A DNA stretch of 64,000 nucleotides from the NCBI RefSeq assembly GCF_963921235.1, contig NC_086108.1:94614001-94678000 (forward strand). Direction: 5' to 3'. Both the position numbers and the translations under genes were made by a program. Of the stretch, positions 34,683-48,659 are shown in pieces (position 1 is the first letter of the stretch; each line of letters opens with the position of its first letter). The notes under the pieces were generated by a model, which saw only the letters and a list, made by a program, of their open reading frames with translations, was not told where the DNA came from and did not search any database. This DNA comes from Mobula hypostoma. Its lineage: Eukaryota.

Positions 34683-35381
34683 CAGTGAAACCCCGATTTG
34701 ACGCACCCCAATTTAACGTGAATTTTGGATATAACGCAATGAGTCATTGGACTTCATGTCCATGTCAATCCATACTCCCCCTTCTCCAGCCTTGTATCCC
34801 GTTTGTCAATCAACTTCCCAGTTCTTGGCTTCATCCCTCCCCCTCCTGCCTTCTCCTATCATTTCGGGTCTCCCTCCCCCCCCCCCACCTTCAAATCTCT
34901 AACTATCTCTTGTTTCCGTTAGTCCTGACGAAGGGTCTCGACCGGATGCTGCCTGGCCTGCTGCGTTCCACCGGCATTTTGTGTGAGTCATTGGACCTTT
35001 TTTTGCTCAAAATGGAACAAACTGCTAGAAAAAAAAATCTCTTTCTGTGAAAGATAAGCTTCACGCACCTGACGCGATCAAGACTAAAAGTCAAACTCAA
35101 GTTGCACGAGACCTCGGGATACCGGAATCAACACTTCGTGGCTGGAGATCTCACGAAGAAAAGTTACGCGCGTCACTTTGCGAAGTTGAAGAAGAAGCAG
35201 GACTAGAAGCCAGATGCCTGAAGACGGCCAAAGATGTCAGCCTCAATGACTCCCTGTACGAGTGGTTCCTTCAAGCTCGCTCACAAGGCCTTCCAATTTT
35301 CTGCAGTAACAACAACAACCCTGATTTAGCGCGATGACATTTTATGGACTCAAACGATCGCGTTATAACGGGGTTTCACTG
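34683..35381 (+). mobile_element. Internally deleted pogo/Tigger-like transposon retaining CENP-B-type HTH coding sequence
   Basis: TA|CAGTGAAACCCCG...CGGGGTTTCACTG|TA TIRs; SQTQVARDLGIPESTLRGW...LNDSLYEWFLQARSQGLPI; contains a Penelope pLTR piece at about 34755-34985. Confidence 0.85.
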
Positions 35382-35883
35382 TAATGTCTTTCCGGTGTGT
35401 TTAAATATTAGCTTACAGCTCATTATATTTAGATTTTAGCTCTCAGTAAGAGTTGAAAGCAGGCAGACTGGTGTCCTTCTATGGTGGGCAGTGAGGCACC
35501 AGCCAGTCCTTTGGACAGTGCTTCATGCCCTGGGCCGCCTTCAGTCTCCCTCAATATAACTTGGGAGGATCCATACTCCAGGTTTGGGATGTATTGGAGG
35601 GAGTTCTACCTCGGCACAGTGGACTGGATATGTTCTGTGCAGCCTGAGGAAATGGTTCTATTTTTGAACAGATCTTTGTCTTTGCCTGTCTAACTGACAC
35701 TGGGTGTGACCAAATATCGAACTTCTCAAACGGCAGGTTGAATCCTGTGCATAGCTTAGGATCATAATCAATATTTTAAACTGGCACATGAGAAGAGCCA
35801 GAAGGTACAGAGGAAGGGAAAACTACAACAGCCAGAACAATCACAGTGACAGAGCCATAACTAAATACTAGATCCTCCCGGGA

Positions 35884-36574
35884 CAGAGGGATAAGATGGC
35901 GGCGCGACGGTACCGCGTGCGGCCTCTCCGGTGAATGATATCTGTTATCTGTCAAGTAGGGGACCGTGCACAATTCTGATTTGATGGAGACAGATGTGAG
36001 AGCACGGAAGAACATCTGGAAAACTTCTGAAATGCCCGCTTCGCTTCCGCTGCTACTGTGTGGTAACCAGAATCTCCAGAGCTGAAGGCCCTGAAATCCT
36101 CAGCTTTGCGTGTTTTAGCGGCCAGGGTGAGGTCGAAGACGCTCGGCAGAGGATGGTGCTCGGGAGGCTGTATTGGAGAAGTTGGTTGGAAGCTCAAAGT
36201 TTTCGGACGGATGGACTCAGTGTCGGCTGTGGTCGGCTGCTTCCAAGGTATCGGCAAGTCAACGGTGCCTGGAGGTTTATGGCAGGGAGTTTCTCCCTTT
36301 TGCCGCCTGCTATCGGGGACTCGGGAGTCGATCGACTTGGGACCTTGAGACTTTTTTTTACCGCGCCCATGGTCTGTTCTTCATCAAATTATGGTATTGC
36401 TTTGCACTGCTGTAACTATATACTATAATTATTTGGTTCTGTCAGTGTTAGTCTTTGGTCTGTCCTGTTTTCTGTGATATCACTCTGGAGAAACAGTGTA
36501 TCATTTCTTAATGCATGTATGCATTTCTAAATGACAATAAAAGGGGACTGAGTGTTCTCATAATCTAATCTAAT
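35884..36574 (+). mobile_element. Non-autonomous LINE-derived element (about 690 bp)
   Basis: CpG-rich head with AAGATGGCGGC at 35893-35903, tail caataaaaggggactg...(taatc)n; second copy at 33115-34092(-). Confidence 0.7.
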
Positions 36575-36749
36575 AGTGCATCCAGTTCAATGCCAACTTG
36601 TTAAATTGGGGATACATTACTTCCAAATCTCCCCTGTCAGAAGAGTCATTTCTTGGAAACCACTAACCACTAATTATTTCTGATCTCGATTATCTACCAC
36701 ATACATAAATTATCACAGTGCTACTAATATAATGCTCCAGGCCTACTTA

Positions 36750-37200
36750 ATCATTTTCAAACCATAGTCATGGTCGGTCTTGATGTAACTATGGGGGAGG
36801 GGAGACTGAAGGCTTATTAATGTACTTAATAAATTCATGAAGACAATTGTGAAAAAACAACTTTTCACAAACATGCAGTGATGACGTTCCGAAGGGCTGC
36901 CGATGACATACTGGGTCCATGAAGAGCAGAAGGTTGGCAAATGCAGTTTTACAATGTGTTTTGAAAAGTTACAAAATGGAAAGTTGTGAAGAAACAGTTC
37001 ATGTCCTTTGAAGAGCCTTGAAAGGAACATATTTTATCTTAAAAGGTAGAACAGGCAAGGCCATTAAAATGTCCCTATTCTCCTGCCTTCTCCCTGTAAC
37101 CACTGTTTCCTCCACCTGTGCATTTTAAATTTCATTCACCATCAGTCTTCCACAGAACTATAGAACACTACAGCACAGAAAACAAGCCATTCAGCCCTTC
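36750..37200 (+). repeat. Duplicated block, copy B
   Basis: Aligns with 25611-26064. Confidence 0.9.
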
Positions 37201-38030
37201 TAGTCTGTGCCAAAACTTTATTCCGCTAGTCCCATTGACCCTGCACCCAGTCCATAACCCTCCAGAACTCTCCCATCCATGTACCTATCCAATTTATTCT
37301 TAAAACTTAAGAGTGAGCCCGCATTTACCATGTCAGATGGCAGCTCATTCCACACACCCACCACTCTCTGAGTAAAGAAGTTCCCCCTCAACCTTTCCCC
37401 TTTCACCCTAAAGCCATGTCCTCTCATACTTATCTCTCCTAATCTAAGTGGAAAGAACCTACTCGCATTTACTTTGTCTATACCCCTCATAATTTTGTAA
37501 ACCTCTATCAAACCTCCTCTCATTCTTCTATGCTCCGAGGAATGAAGTCCTAACCTGTTCGATCTTTCCCTGTAACTCAACTCCTGAACATTCTAGTAAA
37601 TCTTCTCTGCACTCTTTCAATCTTACTGATATCCTTCCTATAGTTAGGTGACCAGAACAGCACACAATTCTCCAAATTTGGCCTCACCAATGTCTTATAC
37701 AGCTTCACCATAACATCCCAACTCCTATACTCAAATACTTTGATTTATGAATGCCAGGATGCCAAAAGCCTTCTTTACAACCCTGTCTACCTATGACGCC
37801 ACTTTCAGGGAATCATGTATCTGAACTCCCAGATCCTTTTGTTCCTCCACACTCCTCAGTGCCCTACCATTTACTGTGTATGTCCTACCTTGATTTGTCC
37901 TTCCAAAATGCAACACCTCACACTTGTCTGCATTAAATTCCATCTGCTATTTTCTGGCCAATTTTTCCAGTTGATCCAGATCCCTCTGTAAGCTTTGAAA
38001 GCCTTCCTCGCTGTCCACAACACCCCCAAT
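37152..38030 (-). mobile_element. CR1 LINE 3' fragment
   Basis: ORF 37218-37580(-) SYRER..RLGL.S.EHRRMRG.LIEVYKIMRG...FFTQRVVGVWN. Confidence 0.88.
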
Positions 38031-38031
38031 G

Positions 38032-38897
<866 letters not shown>

Positions 38898-39214
38898 ATG
38901 TTCCTCCTGGTGCTCTGGTTTCCTCTCACATTCCAAAGACCTACAAGTTTGGATTAGGAAGTTGTGGACATGCTCCAGAAATGCAGCAACACTTGCAGAC
39001 TGCCCCCAGTACATCCCCTGATGCAAGTGGCGCATTTCACTGTATGATACACCTGTTTTGATACACCTCAGGACTAACGAAGGGTCTCGGTCCGAAACGT
39101 CGACTGTACCTCTTCCTAGAGATGCTGCCTGGCCTGCTGCGTTCACCAGCAACTTTGTTGTGTGTTGCTTGAATTTCCAGCGTCTGCAGAATTCCTCGTG
39201 TATAAGTACATTGT

Positions 39215-39738
39215 GATAGATTGGCTGGTTGAGTGGGGTCGAAACAATCTTGCTCACAACTTTAGCAAGACCAAAGAATTGATTCTGGGCTTCAGAAAGG
39301 GGAAGCTGAAAGAAAACACACCAGTCTTCATTGAGGGGTCAGGAGTGGAAAGGGGGAGCAGCTTCAAATTCCTGGGTGTCACACGTCAGCATCTCAGAGG
39401 ATTTATCCTGGGCCCAATGCATTGGTGCAATCCCAAAGAAGGCACACCAGTGATTATATTTCATTAGCAGTTCAAGGAGATTTGGGACATCAACAAAGGC
39501 ACTAGCAGATTTCTGCCGCTGTACTGTGGAGGGCATTCTGACTGGTTGTATCCCTGCCTGGTATGAGGTCTCCAATGTGCTGGATCGAAAGAGGCAGCTG
39601 AGGATTGTGGACTCAGCCAGCTTCACCACTGGCACAACCGTCTCCACCATTGAGGACATTTTCACAGGGCGGTGCCTCAAGAAGGCGGCATCAATCATTA
39701 AGGACCTTCAGCGTCTAGGACGTGCCTCCTTTTCCTAT
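39215..39738 (+). mobile_element. Rex1/Babar-type LINE fragment
   Basis: NFSKTKELI..FRK, SFKFLGV, CLKKAASIIKD. Confidence 0.78.
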
Positions 39739-39739
39739 G

Positions 39740-41123
39740 CTACATCGACCTCTGCATTGGTGCTGCTTCCTGCACCTGTGCTGAACTCGTCAATATCATC
39801 CACTTTGCCTCCAACTTCCACCCAGCCCTCAAATTCACCCGGTCCGTTTCTGACACTTCCCTTCTCTTTCTTGATCCCACTGTTTCTATCTCTGGAGACA
39901 GCTTATCCACCGATGTCTGTTATAAACCAACTGACTCCCACAGCTACCTGGACTACATCTCATCCCACCCTGCTACTAGTAAATACGCCATCCCCTTTTC
40001 TCAGTTCCTCTGCTTCCACTGCATCTACTCTCAGGGTGAGGCTTTCCATTTCAGAACTAAAGAGATGTTCTCGTTTTTCAAAGAAAGGGGCTTCCCTTCC
40101 TCCACCATCAACGCTGCCCTCAACCGCATTTCTTCCATTTTACACACATCTGCTCTTACCCCATCCTCCCACCACCCTACCAGGGATAGGGTTCATCTTG
40201 TCCTCATCCCCACTCCACTAGCCTCCGCGTCCAGCATATAATTCACCGAAACTTTGCCACCTCCAACTGGCAAACACATCTTTCCCTCCCCCAACCACCC
40301 CCACTTTCTGCTTTCCGCAGGGATTGCTCCCTACATGACTCCCTTGTCCATTCGTCCCACTGATCTCCCTCCTGGCACTTATCCTTACAAGCAGAACAAG
40401 TGCTACCCCTGCCCCTGCACCTCCTCCCTCACTACCATTCTGGGCCCTAAACAGTCCTTCCAAGTGAGGCAGCACTTCATCTGTGAGTCTGTTGGGGGTT
40501 ATATAGCGTGTTCAGTGCTCCTGGTGTGGCCTCTTGTATATTGGTGAGACCCGACGTAGATTGGGAGACTGCTTTGCTGAGCATCTATGCTCCATTGGCC
40601 AGAACAAGCGGGATCTCCCAGTTGCCACCAATTTTAATTCCACTTTCCATATGTCCATCCATGGCCTCCTCTACTGTCGCAATGAAGCCACACTTAGGAT
40701 GGAGAAACAACACCTTGTATTCCTTTTGGGTAGCCTCCAACCTGATGGCATGAACTTTGATATCTCAAACTTCCAGTAATGCCCCCTCTTCACCACTTCC
40801 CATCCCCTTGTCCCTGTCTCATGCTACCTCCTTGCCTGCCCATCTCCTCTGGTGCTCCTCCCCCCTCTCCCCCTTCTTTCTTTCTTCCATGGCCTTCTGT
40901 CTCTTTCACCAATCAACTTCCTAGCTCTTTGCTTCATCCCTCCCCCTCCAGGTTTCACCTATCGCCTGGCATTTCTCTCTCTCCTCCCCCTACCTTTCAA
41001 ATCTTCAATTCAGCTTTTTTTCTCCAGTCCTGCCAAAGGGTTTCGGCCCAAAACATCGACTGTACTGTTTTCCATAGATGCTGCCTGGCCTGCTGAGCTC
41101 CTCCAGCATGTTGTGTGTGTTGC
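39740..41123 (+). mobile_element. Penelope-like retroelement, 5'-truncated and degenerate
   Basis: RT C-terminal region, GIY-YIG motif YIGETRRRLGDCFAEHL...LGSLQPDGMN, and pLTR tail. Confidence 0.88.
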
Positions 41124-41834
41124 CTCTTTTCATTACTAGGACCGGCAAGGATGTGCAGGAGTCTGAAGACCCACACTCAATGTTTTAGAAACAGATTCTT
41201 CCCCTCTACCATCATATTTCTGAACAGTCCACAAACCCATGAACATTGGGTTATTCCTCTTTAGCAGAATTTATTTATTATTTTAACTCATATTAGATTT
41301 TGCAGTCTACAGCTGCCACAAAACAAAACATTTCACAACATATTTCAGTGACAATATACCTGATCCTGCTTTTGAATTTGTCACTCAGTTGGATGCAGAG
41401 CATCAAGCAAGTACAAACCTTACTTTTTGTCTTCAACTTTACTGCACACATCAGTACAAACGACAGTGTAGAATATAACCACGTTATCACGCTATAACCA
41501 CAATATTACAAAGCTCCCCACGCCTTCAGGAAATGAAGCCTGGGTATAAGTCTTGTGGAAGGAAACACGAGAAAGTCTGTAGGTGCGGGAAATCCAAGCA
41601 ACATACACAAAGTGCTGGAGGAATTCAGCAGGCCAGGCAGCATCTATGGAAAAAAGTACAGTCAACGTTTCAGGCCGAGACCCTTCGGCAGAACTCCTTG
41701 TGGAAGGAGTTGTGAAATGAGAATTTCTTTGTACTACCTGGTGCTTACAATAAATTGGATTTAGACCATAATACCACGAGATAGGAGCAGAATTAGACCA
41801 TTCAGCTCATTCAGCCTGCTCTGCCATTCCATGC

Positions 41835-42372
41835 ATACAAAAGCAAGGATGTAATGCTGAGACTTTATAAGGCATTGGTCAGACTACATTTGGGAGAATT
41901 GTGAGCAGTTTTGGCCCCCTTATCTAGGAAAGGATGCACTGGTATTGGCGAGAGTCCAGAGGAGGTTCACAAAAGTGATCTCAGGACTGAAAGGATTAAC
42001 CTAATTGGCACATTTGATGGCTCTGGGCCTGTATTCTCTCGAATTTAGAAGAATGATGGGTGGGGGGAGGGATCTCATTGAAAACCCTAGACAGAGTACA
42101 CAGGGTACAGCCTCAGAATAGGACATTGATTTAGAACAGAGATGAGGAGGAATTTCTTTAGCTAGAGGATGGTGAATTCCTTGCCACAGATGACTGTGGA
42201 GGCCAAGTCACTGGGTATATTTAAAGCCGAGTTTGATAGGTTCTTGATTTGTAACGGCATTAAAAATTGCAGGGAGAAGGCCGGAGAATGGGGGTGAGAA
42301 GGATAATAAATCAGCCGTGATGGAATGGCGGAGCAAACTGGATGAACTTAATGGTATAATTCTGCTCCTAAG
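41835..42372 (+). mobile_element. CR1 LINE 3' fragment
   Basis: YKSKDVMLRLYKALVRLHL and FFS.RMVNSLP motifs. Confidence 0.75.
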
Positions 42373-42639
42373 GTGCCACGGTAGCACCGGGTAGGTTAAT
42401 TAGTCATTGTAAATTGTCCCGTGATTACATTAGGGTCAATCGGGTTTGTTGGGGAGTTGCTTGAAGGGCTGGAAGTTGCTGTCTCACTAAAATAAAATAA
42501 AATAAAATGTCTTATGAACCCATGAACACTACACCGTTATTCCTCTTTTGCTCTCTTTATCTCTCATCGTCTTCAGAGATGTTGACACCAGATGGGCGTC
42601 AGCATTTCTGAAGATCTATTCTGGGTCCAACATATAAGA

Positions 42640-43242
42640 CCGTAAGACCATAGGACATAGGAGCAGAATTAGGCCATCTGGCCCATCGAGTCTGCTCCAC
42701 CATTCAATCATAGAAACATAGAAAACCTACAGCATAATACAGGCCCTTCGGCCCACAAAGCTGTACCGAACATGTACTTACCTTAGAAGTTACCTGGGGT
42801 TACCCATAGCCCTCTATTTTTCTGAGCTCCATATACCTGTTCAGGAGTCTCTTAAAAGACCCTATCGTATCCACCTCCACCACTGTTGCCAGCAGCCCAT
42901 TCCATGCACTCACCACTCTCTGCGTAAAAAACTTACTCCTGACATCTCCTCTGTGACCTCTCATGTTGGCCATTTCAGCCCTGGGAAAAAGCCTCTGACT
43001 ATCCACATGATCAATGCCTCTCATCATCTTACCCGTTGCTCCAAGGAGAAAAGGCCGAGTTCACTCAACCTATTCTCATAAGGCATGCTCCCCAATCCAA
43101 GCAACATTCTTGTAAATCACCTCTGCACCCTTTCTATGGTTTCCACATCCTTCCTGTGGTGAGGCGACCAGAACTGAGCACAGTCCTCCAGGTGGGGTCT
43201 GACCAGGGTCCTATATAGCTGTAACATTACCTCTTGGCTCTT
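42640..43242 (-). mobile_element. CR1 LINE 3' fragments
   Basis: MMRGID.VDSQRLFP...FFTQRVVSAWN and tandem 3' tail repeats. Confidence 0.8.
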
Positions 43243-44382
43243 AAACAGGATCAGGACTGATCCCTTTTTTCCTCTCCTCCTCAACCCCACTCTTATTCAG
43301 ATTTATATTTAAAAATCTATAGAGGGAAGGCTGGAAATTCCAAATATGTAATCTGAAGATCAAAACCATAGTAATTCCTGTGCGGTTCCCCCAACTGGCA
43401 GATACGAACTGCTTTACTTTACATTTCACATGGGGCGCATCACCTTAATTAACGAGCTTGCTGTGTAATTTTAGGAAAAATGATGAGTATGGACAAGCTG
43501 GAGAACTTGACCATCAGCAGACTTAGTTGTGAGTTCTGCGTTGCTTTGCATTGCAGAGACTTGGCTACATGTGCCAGCTAATTAAAATCTAACATCAGGC
43601 CAAGTCCTCTTGACTTGTTACATCTATGAGAATGGCACATGTAGATATGATTTATCACAAATTTATTGAATAGTTTGCAGAAGATTTTCAGAGTCCAAAT
43701 ATGGTTTCTTCCCCATTTGTGCAATTGTATTCTCCATTTTAGATTTAGTTAAACAGAGGGACTGGAATTTTTGTTATCGTTTAGCAATTTAACCCTTTCC
43801 TTGCTGATTGGGGCAGCACAATAACATAGGGGTTACCACATTGCTTTATAGTACTAGCGAGCTGGGTTCAATTGCTGCAGCTTTTTAAAATTTACTTATT
43901 GACACACAGCGCGGAATAGGCCCTTCGAGCCCCTTAAGCCGTGCCGGCCAGCGATCCCCCGATTTAATCCTAGCCTAATCCCGGGACAATTTACAATGAC
44001 CTATGAACCTACCTACCGGTACGTCCTTGGTCTGTGGGAGGAAACTGGAGCGCCCAGGGGAAACCCGTGCGGTCACGGGCAGAACGTACAAACTCCTTAC
44101 AGACCAGACAGCGGTAGGAATTTAAGGAGTTTGTACGTCCTCGCCATGATGCGTGGGTTTCCTCTGGGTGCTCTTGTTTCCTCCCACATTGTAAAGGTCA
44201 GTAGGTTAATTGGTCACATGTGTGGAATTGGGCAGAGCGGCCTCGTTGAGCCAGTAGGGCCTGTTATCGTGCTGCATCTTTAAATAAAATTAAAATACCC
44301 AAAGCACTGTGCAGTCTGCAACCCCCTTTTTCTTCACTGATGTCTCCTTTAACTTCCTTTTAAACTCACTCTGCAATCCAGT

Positions 44383-46172
44383 AGAGATCTCCAAACCCGC
44401 TTGTCCAGGTAGACCCATTGTTTCAGCTTCCTGCCCCACTGAACTCAGATCAGCTTACCCTGGTCCTGTTTTATCCCCCCTAGTTCAGTCCCTTCCTACC
44501 TGCATCCATGACACTTCACATGCTCTTGATCTTTTTAAGGATCTCAAGTTCCCTGGCCCCGATCATTCTAACTATGGATGTCCAGTCCCAAAACACCTCC
44601 ATCCCCCACCAGGGAGGCCTCAAAGCTCTCTTTTTTTCTGGATACCAGACAAACCAGTTCTCCTCCACCACCGCTCGCCTCCGCCATGCAGAACTCATTC
44701 TCACTCCCAATAATTTCTCCTTTGGCTCCTCCCACTTCCTTCAAACAAAAGGGTTAGCCATGGGCACTCACCTGGGTCCCAGCTATGCCTGTCTGTTTGT
44801 CGGCTACGTGGAACAGTTTATGATCCAAGCCTACAATGGTAACCGCCCCGTGCTTTTCTTATGCTAGTTCATTGATTGCATTGTGCTGCTTCCTGCACCC
44901 ATGCTGAGCTCATTGACTTCCTCCACTGTATCTCCAACTTCCACCTGGTCCATTTCCGACACCTCTTTTCCCTTTCTCGATCTTACTGTCTCTGTCTCCG
45001 GAGACAGCTTATCCACTGAAGTCTATTACAAACCCACGGACTCTCACAGCTTCCTAGACTACAACACGTCCCACCCTACTCCTTGAAAAAACGCCATCCC
45101 CTTTTTTCAGTTCCACTGTCTCTGCCGCATCTGCTCTCAGGATGAGGCTTTTCATTCTAGACTGAAGGAGATGGCCTCCCTTTTCAAAGAAAGCTGCTTC
45201 CCTTCCTCCACCATCAACACTGCCTTCAACCGCATCTCCTCCATTTCAGGCACGTCTGCTCTTACCCCATCTTCCCGTCACCCTACCAGGGATGGGGTTC
45301 CTCTTGTCCTCACCTACTACCCCACCAGCCTCCGCGTCCAGCACATAATTCTCTGAAACTTCTGCCACCTCCGATGGGATCCCACCACCAAACACATTGT
45401 TCCTTCCCCCCCACTTTCTGCTTTCTGCAGGAATTGCTTCCTACATGACTCCCTTGTCCATTCATTCCTCCCTACTGATCTCCTTCCTGGCACTTACCCT
45501 TGCAAGCAGAACAAATGCTACACCTGCCCCTACATCTCCCCCCTCACTACCATCCAGGGCCCTAAACAGAACTTCCAGGTGAGCCGACACTTCACCTGTG
45601 AGTCTTTACTGAGGTTATTTACTGTGTTCGGTGCACCCAGTGAGACCTCCTGTACATCGGTGAGACCCAACGAAGATTGGGAGACCGCTTTGTCGAACCC
45701 CTACGCTCTGTCCACCAGAAGAAGTAGGATCTCCCAGTGGCCACACATTTCAATTCCACTTCCCATTCCCATTCCGATATCTCCATCTATGGCCTCCTCC
45801 ACTGTCATGATGAGGCAACACTTAGATTGGAGGATCAACACCTTATATTCCGTTTGGGTAGCCCCCAACCTGATGGCATGAACTTTGAGATCTCAAACTT
45901 CCAGTAATGCCCACCCATCTTTCTCCATTTCCCATCCCCTTTTCCCTCTCTCACTTCTCCACTTCCAGCTTTTTTCTTCATCCTTCTCCCTCCAGGTTTC
46001 ATCTATCACCCGTCTCTCTCCCCTTCCCCCACCTTTTAAACCTACTCTTCAGGTTTTTTTTCTCCAGTCCTGCCGAAGGGTTTCAGCCTGAAAAGTCCAG
46101 TTGACTGTACTTTTTTCCATCAATGCTGCCTGGCCTGCTGAGTTCCTCCAGCATCTGCAGATTTTCTCTTGT
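44383..46172 (+). mobile_element. Penelope-like retroelement (RT plus GIY-YIG), degenerate
   Basis: PGRPIVS, LTMDVQS, FLQTKGLAMGTHLGPSYACLFVGYVE, YYKPTDSHSFLDY, YIGETQRRLGDRF and pLTR tail. Confidence 0.9.
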
Positions 46173-48659
46173 TTCTGCAATCCAGTTCTACCACCTCCCC
46201 ACCCCATTGTTTCTATAAGCTGCAGAACCTGATTCCCATTGCGTATTCAATACAAGGCGCACTGAAAGCATTTGGCAGGAACCAGATATTTACAAATGAT
46301 CTTTGGTCAGATTTCCCTGAGGTGGGATTAGGGTATAGGAAACTTCTCAGGCCATCCATTACTGTCAATCAGCTTGGCATGCACCCTGTACACAAGCCCC
46401 AGTACAGGCTGGTCTCCTGACGGCAGACACTCAGAAATTCAGGTACAGCTTCTTCCCCTCTGCCATACGATTCCTACATGAACATTTGACCCATGAACAC
46501 TACCTCATTTGTTTTAATATTATTTTTGATTTTGTACTATTTTTAATTTATTCATAATTTATTTATTTATTTATTTTTCATTGCCAAACTATCAAGTATT
46601 GCATTGTACTGCTGCTGCTAAGTTAACAAATTTCATTTGGTGGGAGCAGCACTTAATTTACTTCTCTAGATCAAGAAAAAGAAATTGACCTACAGGATAG
46701 GATTTCCAGCACATGGAACACACACGGGTCCTGATGAAGGGTCTCAGCTGAAAACATCGACTGCTTACTCACTTCCATAGATGCTGCCTGGCCTGCTGAG
46801 TTCCTGCAGCAATTTGCATGTGTTGCCTTGGATTTCCAGCATTTGCAGACGTTCTTGTATTTAGGATTTCCACCAGCTATTTTTTCAAGCCAGTTGGAAG
46901 GGCTACCCAGATACCCATCTGGTAAGCCAAGGACCCACACTTACCCATAATTGGTTTCGAATTTAAATCTGCACCAATGCTGGTAACAAAAATAAACCAT
47001 GCTAGGAGACTTGCATTTGTATGGGAGGGTGATCACCCGTCAGATGCTGTCATTACAATTCTGGGACAGTGTGAGGCAGCTGCAGCAGCCTTGTCCCGGA
47101 GATTTTGGGCTGTCCTCAGTCAACAAGGTAAGATTTTCAAAGTTCAAGCTCAAAGTAAATTAATCAAAGTGGGTATATGTTCCCATATACTACCCTGAGA
47201 TTCACTTTCTTGCAGGCATTTACAGGAAAACAAATAAATACAATAGCATTTATGAAAAACTATACCCAAACAAAAGCTAATGTGCAAAAGAAGACAGACT
47301 GCAAATAAAAAAATACTGAGAGCATAAGTTGTAAAGAGTCCTTGAAAGTGAGTCTGTAGGTGATAGAATCTGTTCTCAGTAGTTGTGATTAAAGTTATCC
47401 ATGTCAGTTTAGGAGCCTGATGGTTGTACATAATATCTGTTCCAGAACCTGGTGGTGTGGGGTCTAAGGCTCCTGTGCATCCTTCCTGATGGTGGTAGTA
47501 TGGCCTGGATGTTGGGGGTCTTTGATGATTGGTGCTGCTTTCTGTAGTCCACCACTCTCTGTAGTCTCTTCCAACCATTCGGCCCATCAAGTCACGGCTG
47601 ATTTATTTTTTCTCTCAACTCCCATTCTCCTGCCTCCTTCCTGTAACCTTTGACATCCTTAATCACCCAGAATCTGTCAACCTCTGTTTTAAATATACCC
47701 AATGACTTGGCCTCCACAGCTACCCACAGATTCAACACCCCCTGGCTAAAGGTGTTCCTCCTCGTCTCTATTCTAAAGGGACACCTTGTTGTCTGAGGCT
47801 GTGACTTGCTCCAGCAACAACTGGTTTTGCCTGAGTGGATGATGGTTGTACGGCTGTTGGATGCCATTGTGCTAGGGTACCTCTGTTCATTAATGTTATA
47901 AACAAAACGCTGTGAAGGACATGCAAATTTTATGCAATATGTGGTATGAATCATGAAGTACTTTCCAACGAAGACGTATTGCATGGTCCATGTACACCTT
48001 ATGGTCTGTTTTGTTTGCCAGATGCGTGGGGTGAAACCTAACGCATTGTTGGCTTTATGGCATGGAAGCCTTTTCAAAGCACCTGTGATCCCCAGAACCC
48101 TACAGCTACAGCTCCCCAAAATGTATGCCTTATCGGTTAATGTTTTACACCCTTGCCACAGGCACTCTATTCATTTGCGGACTGAACCACATGATGCCCC
48201 CAGAAAATTGCACTTAGTTGAGAAATCTAGCAAGTTCTTCCCTTAAGGAGATCAAAAAGGGTGATTTCCTTTGAGCAACGAAGACTTACTCTTTAGTGTT
48301 GACACTAAGTGACTCCCCAGTGCTGCATATTTGTCTGTGAAAACTGTGCATCCACAGATGGTCAAACGTTGTTCTGCCTCGTGTGCTTTTAAAGCATTTA
48401 CATTTTAAACTTTATTGGCACAGCAGGAGGAGAAGGTCTCTGAGTCCTTCAAGCCCGATCCACCAGTCAACAGGACTTTGGCCAGACTGGACCACCCACC
48501 AATTCCATATCTTCTCACAACTCGACTGCCTCCAAAATTGTCAGACTCATTCCCATTTGCCTCTGTACCTGTTGTCTTTTGGGGGACAGAATTCTAGATC
48601 TGTACTAACATCAGCATGTTAGTCCTCCCTGACATTGCACCCTAATCTCGGCATTACTG

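Noticed and set aside
35047..35337. Possible domesticated CENP-B/TIGD gene
   Set aside because: Lies within TIRs, has an upstream in-frame stop and lacks the DDE domain; it is a transposon remnant.
39526..40221. 231-aa ORF
   Set aside because: Chimeric read-through from a Rex1 fragment into an off-frame Penelope fragment.
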